A stretch of DNA of 64,000 nt from Deltaproteobacteria bacterium HGW-Deltaproteobacteria-2 (GCA_002840505.1 PHBC01000008.1:7193-71192); one strand, 5' to 3'. Positions 19,601 through 25,702 are shown, counted from the stretch's first letter. The notes: generated by a model not told the origin, from the letters alone. Made by a program: numbers and translations.

Positions 19601-22514
19601 TGACGAAAATGAAGAACAAGAAGTTGTTGTACGAGATTCAAGAACAATGGAAGGTGTTCACGAACCATTTAATAGTTTACGGGAGGCAGAAGAATGGTAC
19701 GATAAAAATAATCCAAGCAAGGATGAAACGATTGTCCATTCCCTTGATATCACTCCCACTATGAAACGTGATGTCCTTTATCAAGGGCAACCGATGTATG
19801 CGCTCCGTAACCAAACCGATCCGCCCGTCTCCAATGATCCGAAGGTTCTCAATCTTTACCTGAAAGACGAGACGGATGCTATTGTTCAAACCATAGTTAA
19901 CAAACTCAAGCCTAAAAATATGACATGGCTAGAGACCATGCTGAAATCTCCCGAATGGTTTGACCATCCGCAAATAGGTAATATCGTCAAACTCTTCATG
20001 CGCGACCGGAACGAAATCTATCACGAAACATTCAACGACCTGAATATGACCGACGACGTTGACTCTCCGGAAAGCACAGTCACGGAAGCGGCCAAAGCCC
20101 TTAAGAATAAAGGTTTGTCTCTAACCGAGAGAATGACCGGCAAAGTTTCAAAGGAATATCAGCGCCTACAGGATATCATTGACGAGGGAGATACCTCATG
20201 GAAACGAAACCTGAAAGAACCTCTGGAAAAACAGATAGCGGACTTCGAGGCTCATATCCGGAAAGAGGGCGCCACTGACGACACTATCAGGGTATGGAAA
20301 CTTTATAGAGAATCTTACGATAAAGCCCTTGACCTGCAGACCAGACAACTAAGAAACATGATTGCGGAGATAATCGAAGAAGCTCATTTCAAAGGCGAGA
20401 CGCCGGACCTTTCCGAAATGAAGCAATCCCTCAAAGGCGCTCTTGCTATGATGGAAGAATGGAGAGGCTTCTACGCTCCACGTCTCAGGGAAATGGGAAA
20501 CTGGAAGGTTCAGGCCTATAAAGAGCATGGGCCCATGAAGGAAAACAGGGAATGGTACAGGGAGCACCGCAATTCAGAACTGGCCGCGCAAAGACTTTCC
20601 AAGAAGTTAGAACGTGAGGGATGGAAGATATTTAACGTCGGAGAAATTGAGCGAATCCCTGAGACGATTTATCAGGACGTAAACGCCATGGCCACGGCAA
20701 AATTGATTGATACGGCCCTTGAAAAACTGAGTAAGAAGAGCGAACTGAAAAATAATATGACCGCTCAGTTCAATGAAGAAATACTAAGGGAAGTTTCCAA
20801 CGCGATCAAAGCGCGTGGTTATCGGTCCACAATGATTCACAGAGGGCGCGGAGTTATCCGGGGATTTGTTGAAGATCCGATTCAAAGGCATTTACAGTAT
20901 ATTAATAACCTTTCCGGTGGGATTTCCAAAGCCCGTACCGCGCGTATGGCCATGCAAGAACTCCTGGGCGATAAGGTAATGGGCCAGCAGATCGGCGGCA
21001 TCGATCCGGTTAAGGACCCGAAAGCCTTTGCCGTCGCACAAGACTATATTCAGGAGCAACTTAGAAACGCCGACTCTTCCGACCGGATAATAGGCCTTGC
21101 AAAGAGTATTGCAACCTTTAAATTCCTGGGTTTCAATCTCCGGTCTCTGGCTGTCAATATGACCGCTATAATGACCACAGCGCCGTCGGCAATCCACCAA
21201 TACGCTATGGGCGGAAATGGTTCAATGGCCAGAGTAATGAACGAACTGGCCCGGGCAGGTAAAGACTACGGTATGGTAATGGCCGGTAGAAAATTACACA
21301 ATGCCGACGAGCAGGCCTTTATTGACGATGTTCATAAGAAGGGTTGGGACGACGCGCAATATACAAGAGAAGCTTTGGGCGAATTGTCAAAGACTCATTC
21401 ACGGATTTGGTCTTCGATGATGGACGGCTCGATGTGGATGTTCGGTAAATCGGAAAAGTGGAATCGCGGCACTACAATTTTGGCGGCCTATAGACTTGCA
21501 CGGAAGAAGGGCATGGGCCACGTTGAGGCAGCAGAAGCAGCAAAGACTTCTTCCGATAAAGCGCACGGCGTTTACGGCAAGAGCACTATGCCGATGTGGG
21601 CGCAAGGGACAAACCCCGCAGCGAAAATAGGCCAGATGGCTTATGTATATTCTAAATTCGGGCATAATTATTTACAGATGCTCTATGATTTGGGCATCAA
21701 AAAACATAACATCAAAGCGCTTATGTTTGCTTTCCTCTCTCCGTTAATACTAGCAGGAGCGGCAGCGCTTCCCTTTAAAGACGTTCTTTTCGCTTTCGCC
21801 GGAGTAATATTAAGATCATTGTTTGGTGAAGATAAAGATCCGGAGAAGTGGGTTTGGGATATAATAAGAGAACACCTGGGCGCGGATGCTGAAAAAATAG
21901 GGCGCCATGGACTGACCGGAGCGGCCGGGATTGATATATCCGGATCATTAAGCATTGGAATAGGCATACCGAAGAACTTTATTGATCTTACGGGAGCTAT
22001 CGGCGGGGTATTTACAGAGGGGAAAGAAGCCATTGAGAATATGGGCCGTGGAGATTTTGGGAAAGCGGCAGAACATTTATTACCTTCCGGTGCTTCTAAT
22101 ATTGTGAGGGCGTTCAGAGAGAATAAAGAAGGTGTTACGACACGCAATAATCGCCGCGTATGGAACGAAGAGGGTAAACCTTTTGTGCCAGATATCGGCG
22201 CGAGTGTGACCAGAGGTTTAGGTTTCCGATCTACTGATCAGGCTATTTTATCTGAAAGGACGTGGGAAGGGCACAGGGAACAGGCAACTATGGCCGAGAA
22301 ACGTAGTGCTATCTACGAGAGATATCGCGCGTGGATGATTGGGGGACGTAAAAACAATGACGAGTATAAGAGTATAATTAGAGATGCGAGGGAATTTAAC
22401 GCCGCCGCTAAAGATATGAGGGGTGTGCCGCGCATAACCTCTGATTCCTTAAGAAGCCAGCGACGACAATTATCGCATCCGTCAAAAAACGAAAGGGCCA
22501 TACTGAGAGATTAA
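7659..22514 (+). CDS. giant (4951 aa) polyvalent phage protein: N-terminal hydrophobic/virion module, N6-adenine DNA methyltransferase, SNF2/DEAD-like helicase, HExxH module, conserved SDWHQ/AWTTGEQQ module, hydrophobic C-terminal module
   Basis: Uninterrupted ORF with SD AAGGAGG. Methyltransferase motifs: IIEPTYGSGNFIG (about 11750-11790) and GNPPFG (11949-11966). Helicase motifs: Walker A GAGKT (13866-13880), DESH box (14343-14354) and motif VI QREGRLVRQGN (15669-15701). HESVH lies at 17685-17699. Several hydrophobic helices lie at about 21100-22000. Confidence 0.8.
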   Translation: MAEPKLDNGFIDVTDQIQSQESSLPDGFVDVTDQIPKKKERSSAGAFVRTLTRVPENLLASAITAAQGKSGPSVANPDVGDKFVQFVNKRNRELSEEYKDTGDLIPGIISNEDVAGLGQNLSFSGVSMGASAAGALVPVPGVNIATSMAAGGATAYRMQSYQAMNDWLTKVNEESIKNFGRPITPEEEAVFKRKFDTLATESGLWEAGPEAVGNVLELALMAGKGTLPGRIASMIPKGVLGKIVKGGARAAGIVGTEEATETVTQMGQQNAEVKAGQSNEPLRQWTSPDDWLKSAGEVLPSVLLLSGFMTGGGMAYRGMKKGKDETKKTDKQTETPQSPQKTMIEQPEVEIETFKQKLLSGNLTKDEALAHRKNILKTMPEAEDAINSIIVEADTNKLFKEAQNATEKEPEGDISEHKGTGGVGETTETNSISGEVQEKVDVPINEPEDNARKVDNLNKQLSKVKGEGKAAVARRKKIQERIDALTPAETSTIETPEVKGAEIVEPAANAEVLPPEITDDQMLEAMRPGTDKFELGGLYRQKGKPKANSIIIKGIDEAGKIDGAYIHKGGLLSPAKFTKDELIPFAPDEKQVSNVKAMFGIKTQTKEPLTTGEITPIQDKFTGNQLEAPKEPWEMTREEFSDYLFSIGKSDKKDFKSRQEAVAHDKKQAKERQSLLKEIKPTPEQVDKLESDTGISINNTHKYFIVKALSEGKLVPPEVLKDYPDLQKKESATQKPDLKRVIDVYGRYHYIDTNELTTDRKILKRYNSNGERPLDDTGLHRGNIVDENDAAAVEKAKKTARLRSLENKAQKKILSPEELEEAKKLNQEITKEATPKKKTETVLKKKPKKNIMEKAPPGGWTEADKVPEKYRKKAEPKPEVKYTANADKGGRLIGKNPDGHNLYERGDGVRYFTDGRIRVTEPVTMAMTRGGVQPEINPDNRRDQWKTEEEIGRTEEPATVVKKEEDLSTKSTGDLVKDMFDIINEHIGERGSISTKELDETLYQKLKPYLAEIVNRAKAKALDVRAYLFGAVDSMPEGKAKKVYEAAARKYADELDDEHYERLAAKVPEWVKPNTDFVLTSGLTAYVESINGDQITWRTGRDRHTDSIEKFLRFAETPKAKTETIDKNTKKDYNITKEGEKNEHPANGSTGTGTLESDESGSLSADGRGQGTRRGERSGGETDNEGNADLDAGGLDGSGSVAGQSSPVHLQDSGTDSEVLPSGPSAVEEPASEPRTIQLSGVNPGNYRITEEDDIGSGTRGQKIDRNIAAIRLIKKLDQEHRYPTKEEQAVLAKYVGWGGIKNVFDETSNKPQDQRAYSDLKELLTKEEFFEARQSVLNAHYTSPQVIRSIYKIMRHFGFTGGNIIEPTYGSGNFIGLMPEDMAASSKWYGSELDPITAKIGQYLYPESQLIHSGFQTAEFPYGKFDAAVGNPPFGDVRISDTRKDRAEISRMKIHNYVISKTGMHLKPGGVMGMVITTRFLDTADPEAREFLAKQFKLLAAIRLPNDAFAKNAGTEVTTDLVFFQRLMPGEEPNLSAKWLTTGATMTNKGGEEITLNKYFAKNQDLMLGEPSMKGTMYGGAWKEGGKGEFTLNKREGEDIESLIDNLLENSILAEFKDVAKSNNDKLDAAALSLVPNKEDVAVGGFFMDKDRIYMREDNDEYGNPTYARLSPKTKWTEKQLLGETRYMRIKGMLEIRAKAYELVNAERFDLSNIEQLRKQLNFLYDNFVKQHGFINESSNFSLMSDDVKIEFGLEIDFKKEITKAKAKTLGIKPSPASAVKSTILNERMFYPEKEILYAKDSADGYNISLSQKGKLDIDYIAKLTGTPKESVIADLAKDGLIYQDPDTKEWIQEDEYLSGNVKGKYKKVEGKEGFEKNAKALKAVFPADVPTESIFANPGATWIPEKVYEQFGHFIGVTNPSVSIYRNNGHFVMRSSGEKQNDINVAWQNKYYALSDIFSAVANNKVLIAWDGTGDERIQNKEQTAELATIVKNVRSTFFDWIFADDTRAKELNKIYNDTQNTHAKRKNDGKLLHTVGASPAVILRNTQRDAAWRIIQSKRVLLDHCVGAGKTYTIITGVQERVRMGLTRKAMIAVPNHLVGQWAADYVRLYPGARILAATKKDFSKPNRRRLFARIATGKYDAVIVGHSSFGFIPLEPEAITNLMMEEIAQLEQAEAQAKADGNKRLVKTLANRIAKKREKITELLGRPKDNVTTFEGMGIDHLVVDESHEFKNLEYSSAMQNITGMGNPMGSKRAFDMYAKIRWLTAQKDYALNFATGTPISNSLVEMYALLRYMNRDALYARGIDAFDSWANTYASIEPRIEYTASQKLKQRTVMATFNNLPELLQLYEEFADIVTMPDLKRIYAEQIRERNARTGGNESEEFPIPKVKDGGRVLDVAEPSQEQIEYVDYLVARAERLEELGRKNDPKIDNHLWIMSDARKMALDVRLVDPTAKENPNNKINRATKKIKDIYDRTAKDRGAQLVFCDLSTPAGTAQKNAAVFIREALNKAHLENDARTKAILDSLSTYQEKWGYLRNRLEAEIEAITDHSQAETDQYMKRREEIEEYLEKVTDDVTADLTTADTGFSVYDEMKSKLIMMGIPEGEIKFIHSANTEQQKEDLFAMVNSGQVRVLLGSSQKMGAGMNVQERLVALHHMDAPWRPSDVEQREGRLVRQGNKLYYIDPTGFKVEIIAYSTANTFDAVMWQILARKGGMLDDFRSGRRSVEEVNTDSASYSEFMAETTGNPAFKEKFQLENDIQTLEAIKNRTATRLRSSQQSLDYNKDARIEAQKEIEKRDKVIDDLRGQSTFTFEGKKYKDNAKALVEKEADEIAAYNALVNKKYNTEIDAATAEAFKKEGLTPPERPSQSDYHSGKMSVNEYNAAQVEYSKFWGDEKNTKIVADAIKGIKKPTNKHFHSSKLAKSDKSGVIAAGLKIVEEINALDEGESFTYQLGNTEIEIKKLESGWTDKKAENPVQLWDYVITADGMFLRRLDHDKSFDERDIWNLLNVEYVSNKMAEHRDFAANYIARMDQSDEISRHTLKSLQFKDEEKLQKMKTRYREVLTEVQKAEEEIGARRASTGNKYISKDRPRFPDGVWVSKKHRNETVESPEVDIDEDIETIKAKRDAIKHDLFDEEGNDPNEVAQQLFNKGYERLTDSETVQVQDTIAFKYAEFARYEAILSQEDEAHIENAQDKLDMAQDIWNEWHEGEAYPQEIKLAQKVINSIRSGQGRLFNGQQYAVRETGTFQLPTLSEVQDVFKGQEVTQTSDGKIWIKTAGGKYLTILNVDHIEPDKITMNIGYSRSSLKPTEKIAGAYLKVGNEGQIRLVRGQADKQTLYHESVHFMEDLGILRPLDVAALRGHIKRLVREGKFQTQNKDDIGGSEDRANFIADALTSPPVGPIRRIINRIQDFIDKLVNLFSRTTRGVIRDIKSGEIYNEKPTISGALRDIYDEPGVETGRYNVNPPIADTFFSQLSKVVEVKLPNAGTPEQFRNMITAWANKGEFKTDELKWSGLNEWLDGQTGKISKKDVVDYLAQNQVQIQEITKNGQDILAEKIRIEAAFQSVGWEIGREMGGDIEVTDRNGELVEPETVREEAPELYDMGIRYSEINDGEAIEDVKFSSYQLPGGENYRELLLTLPGKVEIPEGWEAEKNEDGTWDVFDEEGNPMQVDQEAKTERDAILAVAGNRDKLGDAYKSPHWEEPNVLAHIRMNDRVDAEGNKVLFLEEVQSDWHQEGRKKGYGIDTSKWKATINPSFQGEWAVVNEHLDRIGYAPLSAAKTSQEAIQYVAKNQVTGIPTAPFSKTWPELVMKRMLRYAAENGYDKLAWTTGEQQAERYDLSREVFLINYSKEKNAPDDIRHVEVVTKNHGEPSFDVDITTGNIKSEGMFQGKQLDEVVGKEIAQKIMESDGKFTKLSGLDLKVGGEGMKGFYDSIIPSFLNKYAKKWGAKVGEIKIETVPRNDQEAAWIIDAENVAADENEEQEVVVRDSRTMEGVHEPFNSLREAEEWYDKNNPSKDETIVHSLDITPTMKRDVLYQGQPMYALRNQTDPPVSNDPKVLNLYLKDETDAIVQTIVNKLKPKNMTWLETMLKSPEWFDHPQIGNIVKLFMRDRNEIYHETFNDLNMTDDVDSPESTVTEAAKALKNKGLSLTERMTGKVSKEYQRLQDIIDEGDTSWKRNLKEPLEKQIADFEAHIRKEGATDDTIRVWKLYRESYDKALDLQTRQLRNMIAEIIEEAHFKGETPDLSEMKQSLKGALAMMEEWRGFYAPRLREMGNWKVQAYKEHGPMKENREWYREHRNSELAAQRLSKKLEREGWKIFNVGEIERIPETIYQDVNAMATAKLIDTALEKLSKKSELKNNMTAQFNEEILREVSNAIKARGYRSTMIHRGRGVIRGFVEDPIQRHLQYINNLSGGISKARTARMAMQELLGDKVMGQQIGGIDPVKDPKAFAVAQDYIQEQLRNADSSDRIIGLAKSIATFKFLGFNLRSLAVNMTAIMTTAPSAIHQYAMGGNGSMARVMNELARAGKDYGMVMAGRKLHNADEQAFIDDVHKKGWDDAQYTREALGELSKTHSRIWSSMMDGSMWMFGKSEKWNRGTTILAAYRLARKKGMGHVEAAEAAKTSSDKAHGVYGKSTMPMWAQGTNPAAKIGQMAYVYSKFGHNYLQMLYDLGIKKHNIKALMFAFLSPLILAGAAALPFKDVLFAFAGVILRSLFGEDKDPEKWVWDIIREHLGADAEKIGRHGLTGAAGIDISGSLSIGIGIPKNFIDLTGAIGGVFTEGKEAIENMGRGDFGKAAEHLLPSGASNIVRAFRENKEGVTTRNNRRVWNEEGKPFVPDIGASVTRGLGFRSTDQAILSERTWEGHREQATMAEKRSAIYERYRAWMIGGRKNNDEYKSIIRDAREFNAAAKDMRGVPRITSDSLRSQRRQLSHPSKNERAILRD
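11083..11340 (+). CDS. candidate nested gene in the +1 frame of the giant ORF (85 aa helical protein)
   Basis: SD-like AAGGAAGGTGAG (11067-11078) lies 4 nt before the ATG at 11083. The product is MNIPQMAAQAREHWKVTNPEVYQQMVEDKALEGESEAAAKLTMREMQTLMQGGSTEAEAWQDSRHLFIF.... It is non-repetitive, while the main frame here reads a G/S/D/E low-complexity linker. Confidence 0.4.
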   Translation: MNIPQMAAQAREHWKVTNPEVYQQMVEDKALEGESEAAAKLTMREMQTLMQGGSTEAEAWQDSRHLFIFKTAEQIAKSYRPDHRQ

Positions 22515-22522
22515 AAAAAGGC

Positions 22523-22552
22523 TTGCAATGTATAAAAACTTTATATTATAAT
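22523..22552 (+). promoter_or_regulatory. sigma70-type promoter candidate (TTGCAA-18 bp-TATAAT)
   Basis: -35 TTGCAA at 22523-22528 and a perfect -10 TATAAT at 22547-22552, with an A-tract just upstream. Located 9 nt after the stop of the giant ORF. Confidence 0.45.
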
Positions 22553-22657
22553 ACAGCCACTAAATAATTGAAAGTTATAAAAATTAGACTTGAAAAAAAG
22601 AGGCAAGACCATGAAATAAAATTTAACAACTAACCAAAGTTTAGGATGGCCAAGGAA

Positions 22658-22695
22658 GGTCGGCAGGTAGAAATACCTTGCCGGCCTTTTTGTTT
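22658..22695 (+). terminator. intrinsic terminator
   Basis: GGTCGGCAGGTA-GAAA-TACCTTGCCGGCC hairpin (one wobble pair, one bulge, GAAA loop) followed by TTTTTGTTT. It ends 14 nt before the fibre gene ATG. Confidence 0.7.
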
Positions 22696-22709
22696 AAAAA
22701 GGAGGAACC

Positions 22710-23774
22710 ATGAAAAGGGTATTCAGTATTATCTTAATGATCTTGCTACTTGCAAGCACATCATTTTCTGCAACAGTTTATAACACCATTCAATTGAGGC
22801 GCGGGACAGCAGCAACATGGACATCGGCTAATCCGGTTTTATCTCAGGGTGAACCGGCCTACGAAACAGATACGGGACGCCTTAAAATCGGCAACGGTAC
22901 GTCTCATTGGGTTAGCCTGGATTATTACCCTACGACATATTCAGAAGAATGGATAACTCAAAATGCAACATTTACCTATATATCAGCCACTCAATTCAGC
23001 ACAACGGGAAACGTAACTTCTTCTTACCCCGTTGGAATAAGAGTAAAGGCCGTTGTTACAGCCGGTACTATTTACGGGACGGTAACGACGGTAGCGGCAA
23101 GCGGAACTCCGACAGTTACGACCGTCACGGTGGCATGGGATTCCGGATCTTTGGACTCAGGACTATCAGCGGTCAGCATAGGCATATTCTCCCCTGTAAA
23201 TTCAGCAGTCCCACCTAAATTCTTTATTGCAACCGGCGTTATTGTCCCTTATGGCGGATCTACCGCTCCTTCCGGTTGGCTTATGTGTTACGGACAAGCA
23301 GTTTCCAGAACGACTTACTCAGATTTATTTGCCATTATTGGAACTACTTTCGGAGCGGGCAACGGCACGACTACTTTTAATGTGCCTGATTTACGCGGAC
23401 GCTCAGTAATAGGTCCCGACAATATGGGCGGAGGCGCGGCAGGAAGAGTAGCCGCGGCAACCGCGGCAGGCTATACGGCAGGAACGGAAACCGTTGATCT
23501 ATCCCACACCCATACTACGGCAGACCATGTTTTAACCAGTGACGAGATACCCGCGCATTCCCATACAACCACTTTGAAGGTTGGTGAGACACAAGCCGAA
23601 GTCGTCGGCGGACAATTAGGAACAACCACTGCAACGGCCACTACTTATACGGTAACATCAAGTATTGTCGGCGGCGGAGAGGGACATGATCACGGCGCAA
23701 CTACGAGCTCATTGTCTGCGACGCAAAGCGTAATGAACCCATATTTATCGGTGAATTACATTATCAGATATTAG
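22710..23774 (+). CDS. tail fibre protein with phage tail-collar domain
   Basis: The N-terminal block IQLRRGTAATWTSANPVLSQGEPAYETDTGRLKIGNG is a tail-fibre / Mtd-N-like motif. The collar motif is GWLMCYGQAVSRTTYSDLFAIIGTTFGAGNGTTTFNVPDLRGR. SD is AAGGAGG. Confidence 0.75.
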   Translation: MKRVFSIILMILLLASTSFSATVYNTIQLRRGTAATWTSANPVLSQGEPAYETDTGRLKIGNGTSHWVSLDYYPTTYSEEWITQNATFTYISATQFSTTGNVTSSYPVGIRVKAVVTAGTIYGTVTTVAASGTPTVTTVTVAWDSGSLDSGLSAVSIGIFSPVNSAVPPKFFIATGVIVPYGGSTAPSGWLMCYGQAVSRTTYSDLFAIIGTTFGAGNGTTTFNVPDLRGRSVIGPDNMGGGAAGRVAAATAAGYTAGTETVDLSHTHTTADHVLTSDEIPAHSHTTTLKVGETQAEVVGGQLGTTTATATTYTVTSSIVGGGEGHDHGATTSSLSATQSVMNPYLSVNYIIRY

Positions 23775-23877
23775 AAAGGGCAGGGCTTAGTTTACCCTGT
23801 GCTAGCAGGGATACGGACAAAAGGGAATCCGTCTAAGCCCCGAAAGCCACTAACATATAAAAGGGGAAACGTCAATT

Positions 23878-24198
23878 ATGGATACTTTCTTTAAGATTAT
23901 CAATGTGGTTATGGCGATTGTTGTCTTGTATATCGGGTATAAGCAAACCCAAAAGTATCGCAATGAGGACAAGAAAGAGAAACTGCAATCTGCTCTTGAT
24001 GAATCCCACCGTAACGAACTTAAGAAATCTATTAAAGGCATTTCGGACACTCTTAAAAAGACCACAGAAGATATATTCTTTATGTTTGATAATCACGGAC
24101 ATGAGATACTTTGCAATAACGAGTCGTGTACGAAACCGAGAACGGGGAAAATTTTCATAGCTCCGCCTCAGCAGAGAAGGGAGAGCGACAGGCTATGA
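23878..24198 (+). CDS. lysis-cassette membrane protein (single N-terminal TM plus charged coiled region; holin, antiholin or spanin-like)
   Basis: N-terminal TM segment FFKIINVVMAIVVLYIGY. The stop overlaps the endolysin start (ATGA). Confidence 0.4.
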   Translation: MDTFFKIINVVMAIVVLYIGYKQTQKYRNEDKKEKLQSALDESHRNELKKSIKGISDTLKKTTEDIFFMFDNHGHEILCNNESCTKPRTGKIFIAPPQQRRESDRL

Positions 24199-24677
24199 AA
24201 ACAATCGACATCAAGGAACTGCTTTTAAATACCTTCGGCCACTTGGACGATAAACAATTAATGGCCTTAACTATTTATGGCGAGGCCAGAGGGGAAAGTG
24301 AAGAAGGTAAAATTGCCGTTGGCTCAGTTATCCTGGAGCGTGTTGATCATCGGGATTGGGACGGCGACACTATTCAGGAAGTATGCTTAATGCCTTATCA
24401 ATTTTCCTGTTATCTTCCGGCCGATCCTAATTATCCCGCACTTAAATTAATCGCCCAGGATTGGGAAACTAAATATCTTCATTCAACGGACCTTCGAGAA
24501 TGCTACCGTATTGCCTGTGATATGTTGGCCGGTCTAATTCCCCGGACAAAGGGAATAGCTGAGAGTCACGCCACACAATATTTAACAACTGCATTGCGAA
24601 AAACAAAGGCTTGCCCGAAGTGGGTAAATACAATGAATCTGGTCGCCTTGGTAGGTTCGCATGAGTTTTACGCTTAA
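24195..24677 (+). CDS. endolysin, SleB-type cell-wall hydrolase (Hydrolase_2 family)
   Basis: The motif LTIYGEARGESEEGKIAVGSVILERV...YQFSC is characteristic of SleB/CwlJ-like cell-wall hydrolases. The ATG at 24195 is preceded by GGGAGAG. Confidence 0.8.
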   Translation: MKTIDIKELLLNTFGHLDDKQLMALTIYGEARGESEEGKIAVGSVILERVDHRDWDGDTIQEVCLMPYQFSCYLPADPNYPALKLIAQDWETKYLHSTDLRECYRIACDMLAGLIPRTKGIAESHATQYLTTALRKTKACPKWVNTMNLVALVGSHEFYA

Positions 24678-24686
24678 GGTGATTTT

Positions 24687-25265
24687 ATGACCTGGAAAAC
24701 GCTTAATACAACAATGAAGTTAATCGTAGCCGGCATTTTTATTGTGGCGCTGTTAGCTGTGGCGTCAGCGTTTCATAGTTGGTTTGCTGATAAGCCGACG
24801 ATATCCCAAAGCGAGTATGCCCCGGCCAAAGAGATTAAGAAGGCGATAAAAATAGAACATAAAAAAATAACCGTCCATGCCCCGATCGATGTTCTGGATA
24901 AAGACGAAGCGGTTAAAAAGCTAAAAATTAACGATCCGGTTAAATCGGATAAAAATAAACAGATCACAACAACTGCCGAGATTCAGCCATACGACGGCAA
25001 GACGAGCGTTATTTCGGTATTGGATACATCGACCGGCATGAGTGAGATTATCGCCAAGCAGGAGCCATTATCCTTCTTTGGCTTTGAAAATAAGAAAGAG
25101 TTGGGTGTCCGCGTCGGTTATTCCACAGACGAGTTTGAAATGCGATCAACCGTTTTTGGACGTTGGCAATTTTTGCGAGTTGGTAATTTTCATCTAGGAG
25201 TTTACGGCGAAGCAAATAGTCGCGGCGAAGGCATAGGACAACTGGAAATAAGTTATAAATTTTAA
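24687..25265 (+). CDS. lysis-cassette protein with an N-terminal TM anchor and a beta-rich C-terminal domain ending ...SYKF
   Basis: TM segment LIVAGIFIVALLAVASAF. The C-terminus shows alternating beta-strand-like patterning and a terminal aromatic residue. Lies between the endolysin and the holin-like gene. Confidence 0.4.
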   Translation: MTWKTLNTTMKLIVAGIFIVALLAVASAFHSWFADKPTISQSEYAPAKEIKKAIKIEHKKITVHAPIDVLDKDEAVKKLKINDPVKSDKNKQITTTAEIQPYDGKTSVISVLDTSTGMSEIIAKQEPLSFFGFENKKELGVRVGYSTDEFEMRSTVFGRWQFLRVGNFHLGVYGEANSRGEGIGQLEISYKF

Positions 25266-25278
25266 GGAGGAATTAACC

Positions 25279-25548
25279 GTGAAAGAATTTTTTAATAATC
25301 TGATCAGCAGGGACACACCGATATCTGTAATGCGTTATGTCTTTTTGATCTGTGTGGTGTTCATCGTCTTTACGATCTTAGGCGTTTGGGCTTATCTGTC
25401 CGTAAAATTAAAACTGATGCAGGAAGTGCCATGGGGCCTAGCCACATTTGCAATCGGTTTAATATCTATACTTGTCCTGGGTAAAGTATCTCAGGAGATT
25501 TGGGGAGAAAAACCCAAAGACGCAAGTGTAATTAAAGATAGCCAGTAG
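25279..25548 (+). CDS. holin-like protein (two TM helices, charged C-terminus)
   Basis: GTG start after GGAGG. TM1 is VFLICVVFIVFTILGVWAYL and TM2 is WGLATFAIGLISILVLG; the tail is K/D/E-rich. Confidence 0.5.
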   Translation: MKEFFNNLISRDTPISVMRYVFLICVVFIVFTILGVWAYLSVKLKLMQEVPWGLATFAIGLISILVLGKVSQEIWGEKPKDASVIKDSQ

Positions 25549-25674
25549 CTACTCTTTATCCAACTGCTGATCGACTCTCTTTCTGATATTCTCCATTCTG
25601 CTACTTTTCCATAGTTGGAAATCTGCCTTGATTCCTACGAAGAATTTCCTAATTGCGATTGCTATTTTTTTCAT
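25549..25674 (-). CDS. small convergent ORF (41 aa) at the prophage end
   Basis: Minus-strand ATG at 25674 is preceded by GGAGGTAGTGAA. The product is MKKIAIAIRKFFVGIKADFQLWKSSRMENIRKRVDQQLDKE. Below the ORF-track size cutoff; no homology recognised. Confidence 0.25.
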   Translation of the reverse strand: MKKIAIAIRKFFVGIKADFQLWKSSRMENIRKRVDQQLDKE

Positions 25675-25702
25675 TTCACTACCTCCACAAAAGTTTTTTA
25701 TC

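Noticed and set aside
22710-23774. Diversity-generating retroelement around the Mtd-N-like tail fibre.
   Set aside because: No reverse transcriptase gene and no template/variable repeat pair are visible anywhere in the phage segment.
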